Positions 21,666-33,165 of a DNA stretch of 64,000 bases are shown in pieces. Origin of the DNA: Podarcis vaucheri (Eukaryota). How positions within the stretch are numbered: the first letter of the stretch is position 1; each line of letters opens with the position of its first letter. Position numbers and translations under genes: made by a program. Below the pieces are notes generated by a model. That model did no database searches. It was given only the letters and a program-made list of their open reading frames with translations, and was not told the DNA's origin. The stretch lies in the NCBI GenBank assembly GCA_965113315.1, contig OZ220365.1. One strand, written 5' to 3'.

Positions 21666-24600
21666 CTAAGGAGGTGGCCGCTTAAAAAAGAAATCCAAAG
21701 TCCTATCTGTGCTTTGCCTTGGCCTTTTGGCCCTAGAGGCTGTGGGTGTCTTCTGTTTACCTTTGCCCTTACTTGGAGGGCTGGTGGGAGGCAAAGATGG
21801 CCTGAAGGCGTCAGTTCCTGAGAAAGAATTCTGCAGCTCCACAGCAAAGTGGTAGTCCGAGTGTTCTGTGAACTCCCATACCAACACCTGTTGATTACAT
21901 TTCTCGCACAGCATCGTGTCACCAGTACAGGGCTGAAGAGCCCAACTATCAGCCCCTACCTGGGAAATTCCAGCAGCAGGATGCACTTCCTTTTCCTTGC
22001 ACAGATCAGGGAGCTCTGAAAAGACCTCAGGCACTTCTGTTTCTAAAGGGGTCTCCAGGAGCCCAGCTTCGGAGCTGGCCAGAGACTGTCCTACCAAGAG
22101 CTGTACCTGCATGCAGTCTGGGTTGCTCCTGGTGATACTTTGTTCCGCAGGAACTTTTGGAATCTGGCTGTTAATGGGGGTGAGTCGTTTATCCTGACAG
22201 ATACTGGACTCTGGTACTGATGGTAAGTTCATTTCATTGCTGACACCAGGAAGAGAGTTCCTGGCCATAGCCTGGGCCTGTTTCTTTTCCACTGCCCTCT
22301 GAAAAAGCATCTGAATAGGATTGGTTGTCTTCTTGAGGGTCTCCTTTTTGGGGCTTTCAATGGACTTGCCATTTGGGCTGGGTGCCCTGGTGCAAGTGGC
22401 TTGGGTACCTTGGCTGTCAGTCATCAGGAAGGAAGTAATGTTCACGGAGGAAGCACGAGCTTCTGAAAACTTGCTCGCAGAAAGCTGAAGAAGTGTAATG
22501 GGAGGAGACCTGTAGGCGAGGGCACATTAGCAAACAATTCAAAGGGAGTAAACTCAAAAAATAAGGTTGCACAAATATTTTTAAGTAATTTGCTAAGCCT
22601 GGAAGAAGCTGGCCCAAGGATATGTGATGAGCAACCCTCATCTTAGCTCTAATCGGAATAAATGTTCTCATATCATAAATATTTGTCTTAACAGCGTGGC
22701 TGTCCAGCCCACTACTAGTTCATTTTCTGTTCTAGCATAGACTCTACAATATGTACATTGGAAGAAGGGATAAAGCTAACATTTCCTCCTCTGCAGTAAC
22801 AGTTGTATCCAAGGGGGGGGAAAGAGTTCTCACCATGCAGCCTGCTGGCCGCCTGCAGTATTGCAGTTCTGGATTAGCACAAAAGCATCTCTGCTGATTT
22901 TATGGGCGTCATAATTTGCTAAGGCACAGCAGCGGGATAAGCCGTTGGCATGTTTATAGCCCTGCATATGGATCCCAATAGTCAGCTGTTTAGCTACGCG
23001 GTTGTTCTGTTGGAAGAAAGATATATGTAAGAATCCTGACAAGAAATGCTTGAGATATCAATAACTTGGATTCTAGGAGGACATTCTTAAAAAGGGGGTA
23101 GTGGGTATCAGGCTGGATCAGGCATAGGCAAACTCCAGCCCTCCAGATGTTTGGGACTACAATTCCCACCATCCCTGACCACTGGTCCTGTTAGCTAGGG
23201 ATGATGGGAATTGTAGTCCCAAACATCTGGAGGGCCAGTCTGCCTATGCCTGGGCTGGATTAATCCAGATGTGTTCCAGCATGGAGCTTAACCCTACTGT
23301 CTTTCTCCATGATTCTCCGTTGAAGCTAAAAATGTAGGAAGACTATAATGAACTCTAGTCTTTAACAAGAGCTCAGTGCTCATGAGCAGCTCACCTCAAC
23401 CGTGACAACATCTGTAAGGTAAGCCCAATGCTAAAAAGGGATGTATCTGTCTTATTTTCAGGAAGTGATCTAAAGGCACACGCTTTAGTCAGCTTAATAA
23501 AATGAGCTGGTCAAGGTCCAGTCGGTGCTTAGCGGAAAGATGGATATACCACCCAGAGGCTTCATATGCTAACTAAATAATGGCATGAGTGGAATGAAAT
23601 CCACTTCTGCAATGGGACTTAGACCTCCTCTCCGCAACTCCATCCCTACTACAGAGGATGGGGGGGGACGACGACCCAGAACAGGTTGAGGGGACATACC
23701 CCTGATTCGCTGATTACTTACTTCAGACCTCTAGCAAGCTACATCCAGACAAATTATATGTATGGTTACCAGCAGACACACTTGCACTTCTCAGGCCAAT
23801 TCAGGGAGATCTCCTTCAGACATCAAGTACTCAATGAGATAATAGGACCTCTATCTTTCCCTACTTACTTGATCTCTGTCCTTGTTCAGTCTCTCCTCCA
23901 GCTCCAAGGCCAGCTGCAGAAGCCAATGCTGCACCTACATGCATAATTACTGTGTTTTTTATTATTGTCTTGGGACACTGCTCAGCTTACTACAAATAGA
24001 AAACCAAAATATGCAAGGAACATCCACAGGACATTTTTATCAGATGGAAGGCCAAGAAGAACAAGAAACACTTTCAGATCTCTAAACCAGGGGTCAGCAA
24101 ACTTTTTCAGCAGGGGGCCAGTTCACTGTCCCTCAGACCTTGTGGGGGGCCGGACTATACTTGGGGGGGGGGGAGGAATGAACGAATTCCTATGCCCCAC
24201 AAATAACCCAGAGATGCATTTTAAATAAAAGGGCACATTCTACTCATGTAAAAACACGCTGATTCCTAGACCATCGCGGGCCGGATTTAGAAGGCGATTG
24301 GGCCAGATCCAGCCCCCAGGCCTTAGTTTGGCAACCCATGCTCTAAACAAACAAACAATACTGGTGTTTTCAGTACTGTTTTCATTTCTGGTTATGTTTG
24401 TGTTTCTATATTGTAAAGCACCCTGTAATCTTGGGATGAAGGCAGTATAGAAATTTAATAAAATAATCATGAAATGATCGGAAATGTTGCCATGGAGCAG
24501 TTCAATTGCAGGGAAAGATGTGGTTACAACATGCTCAAAGGACAGGACACTGCACTAGATGCTAAAATGGAACAAGGATCTCATTTGCTAGCACCACAGA

Positions 24601-27600
24601 GAGAGATCATGGTCCAAGGAATAATTCCTCCTCTGCTATATTAACTCATCAGCAGGTCACAGGAGACATTTGGCACTCCCCTCCCACTGATAGAATTCTT
24701 CAACAATTTATTGACCATTTCAGAGCAAAGTGATGCTGAAAGGTGATGACCAAATTAGGTTTGAGAAAGGGTGCAGCAATGTGCGCTGCCTTATCTTTTA
24801 TTCCTGCTCTCAGGACAAACTTGGCTCGGCTCTCTGGACACTCTCTTACCTGCTTCTGAGTAACCAAAGCTGTTTTTCCGCGGAAATTCTTACTACACCC
24901 AATGGATTTGGGCAATTGTCTAGGTTTCACAGGCTCATGCTCCATCCCTCTGCACAAGTCATACAACCAGGAGCTGCAAAGCATATATGGAAACCAGAGT
25001 TAAATAAGTAAGTGGTTCCAAGGTTGAAAATGTTACTTATTTACTTAGAGACATCCAATGTATCTGGCACCTGCACACAAATCAATGGAGATGAGGATCA
25101 AGTCCAAGAGTTAGATTCTAAAGAGAATACAGGCAAGGCAAATGGAGAGCTCCCTATCATAAGTGTCTCTGCCATTTAACATCTGAATAGATATTGGTAT
25201 ACAAACTGCATGGAATGGCTATTAGTGATGCACCCTAATCTGCTATGACATATTTTGCTGGGGTGCAGTGAATCAATAGCAAGGACCAAGCTGGATATTA
25301 TGGGAAGAACATGGAAATATGATCCTGGTAAATCAGAATCAATTTTATGTCCAAAAGACCATTGATGACATAATCCATTGCTACCATCTCTATCTTTCTT
25401 CTTTCTTTGGTGATTACTTGTAGCCGAGGACGACTGTCTTCCTTAAACACGGTTTTAGCAGTGAGTCCATAAGTGAGTGTAGAGGCCAATTCTGGATCCA
25501 CACATCCTTCCACAGTGGGGACATAGGTTTCCGGGCGGGAATGGATCATGGTGAGGGTTTGCCAAGCATGCCTTCCTCTTAGTGTGTTTCTCCCTTTCGT
25601 CCCGAGTTCGAGCGTCTTCAAAACCCATGACACCTTTGGGAAAGGCTGTTCTCCATTTGGAACGCTCGCAGGCCAGTGTTTCCCAGCTGTTGGTGTTTAT
25701 ACTACAGCCCTCTGTATAAAACCCCCACAGAGGGTATATTGTTTTGATTTCATAATAACCTTATTGGGTTAATGGAGTCTGATAAACTCTCTTGTCCCAC
25801 TTGGATAAATATGTAATTACATGACAATCTCATCTGCTGTAGAAGCGAATATGTTAAACTACAGCTTACTGGTATGGGTGACCATGAATAGAACATTTGG
25901 ACAGTGAAAACAACATTCTGTATTACATATCTATCACTTGAGGATGACACTCCATATGCATCTGATGAAACAGACTATCCTTTGAAAGCTTGTGTCATAA
26001 TAAATCTGTCAATCTTTAAAGCGACCCAATAGTCTTTTTGCTGCAGCTAACACAGATACCGTTATAGAATTTGCACAGTATATGCATAATATTTGCTTCC
26101 CTTTTGTTATTTTCTCATATTAAGTGTTACTTCAATGCAATGACTGAAGTGAGCTTTTTTAAAATACACATACTGCAATCTTCCCTGAATCTTGTAGATG
26201 TTTCATCTGGCTTTAAGCAAATGCACTGCCTCTTAATGTGTTTGTGTCAAGTTCTCAGTAGAAATGAGACTTTGGAAACTCAAGACAGACCCTGTCTTGA
26301 GCAGAATCCTCAGCAGCATAAGCAAACATGAATGGAACCTGAATCTGTAGCAGAGGCCAGAACTTTAGTGAGCAACTTACCCAGTCTTCTCTCCAAAGTG
26401 GGTCTGAAGCTGTGATTCGCTGAACTGGATCAGCTCTCCTACATACTCCACTCCCAGAAGTTCAGTGATAGAGGCCCCAAGCTTCCCTCCAAGGTTGCGG
26501 CTATGGGAGAAAAGGAAAGCTGTCATGTGTAAAAAGGCAGAAGTCTTCAGACACAGGTTCTTGTGTACCAGCTAGCAGAAGGCAGATAGATAAGCAGAAC
26601 AAAGAGAAAAAGCAATGCAAAACTTGGCTTTTTGAGACAAGCATGGAAAACATCCCAATGGAGCAAGAAATTAACAAGTAGCCTCTTCCTTACCTACACT
26701 AGTATGTGCAGGAGAAGAAATCAACTGGGAAGATAATATAATAAAACAGCACCAGATATTTACCGTATTTTTCGCTCTATAACACGCAGATTTTTTCTCC
26801 TAAAAAGGAAGGGGAAATGTCTGTGCGTGTTATGCAGCGAATGTGTGGTCTCTGGAGCCGAAAAATAAGGCAAAAATCAAACCGCGCTTCAGGGAGAAGG
26901 GAGCTCCGTGAGACAGGAAGTTACTGCTTTCCTGCATTCTGCCTCAGGGTCTTACTGCCCACCCTGCTCTGTTGCGTTGCTGTGTTTGCTCAAACGGAAC
27001 AAAGAGCAGGGAAAGCCCCTCCCCTCCAGGCAAGTAGAGAGGAAAGCAGAGCGTCGCTCTATCCTGTCCCTGCTCCGGAGGGAACAATGTTTGTGAAGGG
27101 AAGAGAGATTACAGGTTCGGCTTAAAATTCTGATTTGACTTCCTGCTTTTTGTTTTTGGAGACACACAGCATTCAAATATGCTTTCTTCCATTTAAAAGG
27201 ATGAAATCCTTAAACAGTGGCTGGCTTGTGTGGGTGGGTGGGGGGGAACTATTGCCTTCCTTTCCTCACGTTATAGCCCTCTCCTGCATTCTTAGCCTTC
27301 TGTGTTTTTCCTTCCCTCCCCACTTAAAATGTGGTTACAAAGCATGGATCCACATGGATCCTCAGGATCTTTGCATTGGGTCACCCCAAATTCACCATCA
27401 GAGCACACAGCATGTCCATGGCTACAGCCTGCCCCCCCCAAAAAAAATCACGCACCCACTGTTGCCTGGGGCTGCAATGGTGCAAAAACGTGGTTACAAA
27501 GCATGGATCCACATGGATCCTCAGGATCTTTGCATTGGGTCACCCCAAATTCACCATCAGAGCACACAGCATGTCCATGGCTACAGCCTGCCCCACCAAA

Positions 27601-30600
27601 ATCACACACCCATTGTTGCCTGGGGCTGCAATGGTGCAAAAACGTGGTTACAAAGCATGGATCCACATGGATCCTCAGGATCTTTGCATTGGGTCAGCCA
27701 AAATTCACCATCAGAGCACATAGCATGTCCATGGCTACAGCCTGTCCCCCCCAAAAAAAATCACGCACCCACTGTTGCCTGGGGCTGCAATGGTGCAAAA
27801 ACGTGGTTACAAAGCATGGATCCACAGGGATTCTCAGGATTTTTGCATTGGGTCACCCCAAATTCACCATCAGATCACATGTCTGTGGCCACAGCATGAA
27901 GCACAAAAATGATACGTCCACTGTTTCATTCAGAATATTTTTTCCCTTGTTTTCCTCCTCTAAAAACGATGTGCGTGTTATGGTCAGGTGCGTGTTATAG
28001 AGCGAAAAATACGGTATTAGAATCATTTACATTTGCAACCAGGCCTGAAAAATCCCAGTCCACTCCATAATAATAAACTGGCATATAAAAATATTGATAG
28101 TTTATCAATTTTTGCATGAAGAGGAAGGATGGCTGAAAAATAATTATGGCTCCCCAAATTCTGGTACTTGCACAAGGAATTTTTTTCTCTAGCATCCATT
28201 CTTATTATTATATCTTGAGTGCCATTGGTCTGATGCTTACAATATACCCAGAATACCCCTAAACAATAATGTGCAGAAGAAAAATGCTAGTTCCGAGATT
28301 CATGAGTGCAATCTCACATGCGGCTTCTAGAAGCAGATCATCAGTTTTACATACATGTTGCTGATTGGCATCTTGCTAAAGAGCTGAGGGACGGAACCCT
28401 GTGACACCAGAGTCTGTCGATTAGGCTTGTTGAGACCACAGGCCAGCTTTGCTAATACCTAGAATAAACAAAGTATCCAATTTAGGAAGCTTGGCTTTCC
28501 AAGTTGGGTTTCCAACACACACCTGGTCTATCAGAGTTTATTTTGCCATCTTAGAGAAAAGGCTGAATTGAATACACAAATACTGCAAGTAATGAGCTGG
28601 CAATTTATGTTTTCAAATGTTACCATGGATTATTTTCTTTTCCAAATCACACCCAGTGTTTTTAGAAAGGAATTCAAAATTAAATGAAACTAGACATTGC
28701 ATTTGTGGCGCTAGAGGGATAGAAAATCTCTCATACTGTCAGATTTTGGTTCTTATAATCAAAGAATAATTACGTCCTGCTGAATTTCTTAAACCAAAAG
28801 TTTGGTGGCAGGGAGAAGAGAATCTCTACTCAAAAAACTTTTACTGCTTCAGAGCTTATTATCTGGGCTAATCTTGTCTCCTCAAAGCAAACCTCATACA
28901 ATGATACCCTTTTTTTATTTGGGTATATGACTTTTGTCTACGGCCTATGGCTGAAAGATCCAACAACAATTTGTTTATTCCTAATATTATGAATACAGAA
29001 TAATACTGATCAAATAAATAATACTACCTCTAAGGTCTACTATATACACTAAATTCTAGCATTTTGCAGAATAGCTGTGTGGAAGAGGAAATCTACTATT
29101 CTCACTCTCAGGTGCTAGGTATCCTGGCCTCCCTGTGGCATCAATACAATTATCACCTAGGGCAGGAATGGCTAACTCCATGTTTTTTGTTATTACAACT
29201 TGCATCCTCTCTCTCTCTATCTCTTCTGTAAAAGAGCCAATAGTTTTAGAGCAAGAAACACAGTAAGATGTTGTTCCTGCATGCTATAACAAGCAGTTTT
29301 CCTAGCTTCCAAATCAGAATACTTCATTCCAGCTTCAGGCCCTCTGTATAAGAAGGTTCAGAGGCAATTGCCATTAGTAACTGACTAGGTCCACACAAAT
29401 GTGATCTAATCAGTTGAAACCTATTGAATAACTCAATTAGCTAGCCACACATCTATGTCTAGGAAGCTTAGAAGAGGCTCAACCTGGAGATGTATCCCTG
29501 TTAATCCTGCTATGCATTAGATGCCAAATTCTTCAGTCCATCACATCATCCAATCTCACATTCTGGAGCTGTTCATAAAAATACATTTTACCAAAACCAG
29601 ATTGTGGATGGTATTTACTACAATTATTGGGCCTAATCCTATCCTGAGTCCTCCATTACTGTTTTCTGTGCCAGGTCACAATAATAATCTGTTCAGAACA
29701 GATTCCACTGAATACATAGAGCAGCCAAGAGGTACACCGCTTTAGTAGTGTTGAGTTCAAAACCACAAACATGCTGGTCTTACACACACCTTGTTGTGAG
29801 AAATGCCAGCGGAACACCTAAATCCAGTGACAGATTCCACGGCTGCCCTCATTTCTTCCATAATGACAGCTCCCACTGTCAGCTGCAGCTCTGGACTGCT
29901 GGGATCTCCAAAAGGCAATGACTCGAGCCACTGTCGCAAACCACGCTCCCGCAGTTCTTCTAAAAGGGAACACAATGCAACCTATCTCCAATCTTGATAG
30001 AATAATTATTGTCATGGCAGAGTGAGAGTGACAGGTCAGGAAAGCTACAAAAAGCACATAGTGCTGTAAAGCACCTAGAAAAGAAGAAATCAAAAGAAAT
30101 CAGAAAGCCCTTTATAAGGCCATCCTTGGTCAAATAAGCCCACTCTTAGAAAGCAAAAGGAAGGAAGGAAGGAAGGAAGATCCTGCAGGGCAAGCAAATA
30201 AACAGAAAGCAGGAGAGGGAAAATGGTTTTGCATTTTTGTAAAGATGTTCGTAGCCGAAGAAGTGCCACCCTTTAGGCAAGTCTCAAAGATTAGATTAAT
30301 CAAAGTAAAAATGCAACACACAACCTAGCATACAGCTCACCCAACAAGGAAGTCTCATACCATTTGGCCTTCAAAGATGTTCTAACACTAGTAGCAAAGT
30401 AGCTGAAGATGTGCAATTAACTTAAGTGCTTAAAATAAATTTCCAAATTTGGAATTGATCTGAAGACAATAGCCACATGGGAAATAGCCACGCAGACCAC
30501 ATGGGAAATAGCCACGCAGACTTGAGCAATAAGCTCTCTCAAAGAACATCAGTCTTGGCAATTCCTACTGCTTTTACTCTTAACTATTCCCCAGATCTCT

Positions 30601-33165
30601 CCACTGCAATACTGGCCTTTCAGCAGCAAACTAATCACCTTCCTTTGTTCCTGCTGTCTGATTTGCAGGTTAGAAAGCAGACATGTCTTTCTTTTTAGGG
30701 AACATTTTGCTGAGGTCAAATTAATCTGGTCTCACAAGCTGAACAAGTAGCACGCTAAATATTAGAAAGCGACAAAATAGAGAAAAGATGCTTGTATTAT
30801 AAGCTGCAGCTCAAGAAGAAAATGCTATGGTACCATATCCATTACCTCTGAAGGGCACACTTCCTATTTCTTACCATCCCTTCAAACCTTTAGTACCCTC
30901 ACATAAGCACTGAAGCAAAGACAAAATGAAAAAATATACGCTAAACCTGGGAGTCGTGGATTGGCTCCACACCATCACCATGCTATTCTGTAGACACACA
31001 AGTTTGAAAAGGAAAATACCTCTATATAGAACTATAATCTAAGCAGGATTAAGAGCAAGGGAAGTTGAAGTAAAAGAGTGGAACAGTATGTCTGAAGCCA
31101 TGCAATACCTTTGTTGCCTGTATTCTCTTCTGCTGTGAGGCTTTCTGGCCATCCTTGGATGTAGGTAGTTGCCAACAGCTCTGCTTCAATAGCCTGCCCT
31201 TTCATCTTCTGAAGCCTTTCCTGCACAGCGCTAGTTAAATCCATGTAGGCTTCATCAATGCTGGCACGTTCAATCACAGCAAAGCGTGACATCACTTCCA
31301 TCACCTCCACGCTGGCTTCACGGTACCTACGTAGGAAGGAGACCCAACAATGCTCTAATATTCCCATTCCATCTTAACTGATAATTCAAGTTAGGTTCAG
31401 TCGTGACCAACTCTGGGGTTGCAGTGCTCATCTCGCTTTATTGGCCGAGGGAGCCAGTGTACAGCTTCTGGGTCATGTGGCCAGCATGACTAAGCCTCTT
31501 CTGGTGAACCAGAGCAGCGCATGGAAACGCCGTTTACCTTCCTGTCGGAGCAGTACCTATTTATCTACTTGCACTTTGGCATGCTTTCAAACTGCTAGGT
31601 GGGCAGGAGCTGGGACCGAGCAACGGGAGCTCACCCCATCGCGGGGATTCGAACCACCGGCCTTCTGATCGGCAAGTCCTAGGCTCTGTGGTTTAACCCA
31701 CAGCGCCACCCGTGTCCCTTAACTGATAATTAGGGTAACTAATTAGCAATACGACATCAACAGTGGTATACCAGAAAGTAGAAGTTGTTGTCCCCCCCAC
31801 CCTGCATGCTGCTAACAGAGCTACCTTACCTATTACAGATAAGCTCTGGCTGAAAAAGTATTGAGCTCAGTTCACTATACTCCGAAGAAAGCTTGGACTG
31901 TTCAATTTGCAAAGAACGGTAAAAATAATTTTTAGAGAGACTGCTGCCTGAAGACCCAGAATAAACAAACTGTATCCACATTGGAAAAAACAGCAAAAGG
32001 GGATTCCAAAAACTTTCCCAAAAGCAAACCTTAGCCCCAAAGCAGAAAACTCATCAAAAGCATGGCTGATCTGTAACCATCCTGAACCCTATTTTGTTTC
32101 AGAGTACTTCACAATCACATGGACAACAATAGCTGCAAGTAATAATCAATCCAGGGCTTACTTGGTGAGATCTGCTTTACCATGGGCCTCTGGTACTCGC
32201 GCTAACAGGAGATCTGGACATAGTTTCTTTGCATCAGCAGCAAACATGTTTCTGGTAACTCCAAAAGCACGAGCTTCGTAGCTCACTGCAATGATTCTGA
32301 GTTGGGTGAGGGAGAAATGATGAGCTATTAAGTTATGGGTTTAAGACAATGAAAGGCACACACAAACCCAGTCACTTTTTTGGTTCAGTTTAGCATTAGA
32401 TAATGAGTCTTTAACAAATTAACATGTTAAAAAAAACCCACCTACAAATTAGCTTAAAAGAAAGGAGTTTTCCTTCCACATTATAATATTTTAGCCATCT
32501 TAAGAGGGAGGTACATTTTTAAAGGTTTTGAGGAGATATTGAGATGCAGGTGGAAGACTATAAATAGTTTATGGAATGCTAGAATCAAATTGAGTCCAGA
32601 AATAGATAATTGTTAGTTTTATAATGACTAGGGGAAGTGGATTCCATTATGCTGCATTTAGCTTTCCCACCCCATCATTTTGGGGGGAACGGGTAGAGAG
32701 AAAAAAAGAAACATGGGTCACAGGAAGGAGCATTATGAAGCATTTGGGGTGGCGAGGCAACTCAGGAAGCCGCCCTATACAGTATCGATCCCACATCGAT
32801 CGATCAGCAACGATTGTGGCAGCGGCAGCAGCAACTCGGCAGGATTTCTGGATTTGTCAGCCCTCCCTGGGGGTGCGGGCGATTAAAGCCTTTTGCTCTG
32901 ACCACTGAGCCGCACGGCCCCTTTCCCCCAGCTCCTCCGCGTCAAGATCCTCCTCCTCCCACCTCATTCCGCCGACACGAGCAGAGCAGCAAAGCTAGCA
33001 GGGCCAAGCAGCAGCAGCAGCTCCGTACCCGCCGCCTTTCCACGTCTTGTACTGCACCACGGCGCACGGCTTCCCGCGCAGGCTGGGCTCCAGGCGCTGC
33101 TCCACCTGCATGTAGAAGCAGTCCATGTCCGCCAAAGCCACCACCCGCTCCCGCCCGCGAGACAT
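21666..33165 (-). CDS. POLH: DNA polymerase eta (Y-family translesion polymerase), 10 coding exons: complement(join(21666..22509,22834..23006,23869..23934,24850..24973,26381..26500,28355..28458,29790..29959,31109..31326,32162..32296,33029..33165)), 696 aa
   Basis: The translation contains DMDCFY, IIAVSYEARAFGV, ERASIDEAY, CSAGISHNK, LAKLACGLNKP, the UBZ finger CEKC...EHSDYH and a C-terminal PIP box TLDFFF. Splice sites are canonical and phases are consistent. Confidence 0.97.
23119..23252. mobile_element. hAT palindromic MITE (same family as 8770-8905)
   Basis: TIR CAGGCATAGGCA, perfect TSD GGCTGGAT and long internal inverted arms. Confidence 0.9.
24088..24340. mobile_element. hAT-Charlie-like MITE
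   Basis: CAGGGGTCAGCAAACT...AGTTTGGCAACCCATG with a perfect TSD CTCTAAAC. Confidence 0.85.
25392..25705 (-). mobile_element. RTE-clade LINE 3' fragment
   Basis: The minus strand encodes WETLACERSKWR...CPHCGRMCGSRIGLYTHLWTH, a C-terminal zinc knuckle, followed by a GAA-rich tail. Confidence 0.8.
25957..26060 (+). mobile_element. Degraded Penelope-like terminal fragment
   Basis: The pattern is GCATCTGATGAA...GAAAGCTT...AATAAA...TCTTTAA. Confidence 0.45.
26763..28014. mobile_element. Non-autonomous Tigger/pogo-like DNA transposon, 1.25 kb
   Basis: 26-bp perfect TIR CCGTATTTTTCGCTCTATAACACGCA and a TA TSD. Confidence 0.9.
27331..27873. repeat. Tandem repeat, ~157-bp unit x ~3.4, inside the Tigger-like element
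   Basis: Units start with GTGGTTACAAAGCATGGATCCAC at 27331, 27490, 27644 and 27803. Confidence 0.95.
30473..30521. repeat. 24-bp perfect tandem duplication
   Basis: CCACATGGGAAATAGCCACGCAGA occurs twice in tandem. Confidence 0.9.
31387..31718 (-). mobile_element. Sauria SINE (3' end rearranged)
   Basis: Homologous to the 19203-19564 copy, with TSD TTAACTGATAATT. Confidence 0.88.

Noticed and set aside
27135-28000. Long ORFs (254, 232 and 130 aa) with internal repeats, superficially like a repeat protein or CRISPR array
   Set aside because: They are translations of the ~157-bp tandem repeat inside a TIR element. There are no unique spacers, and the frames shift between units.
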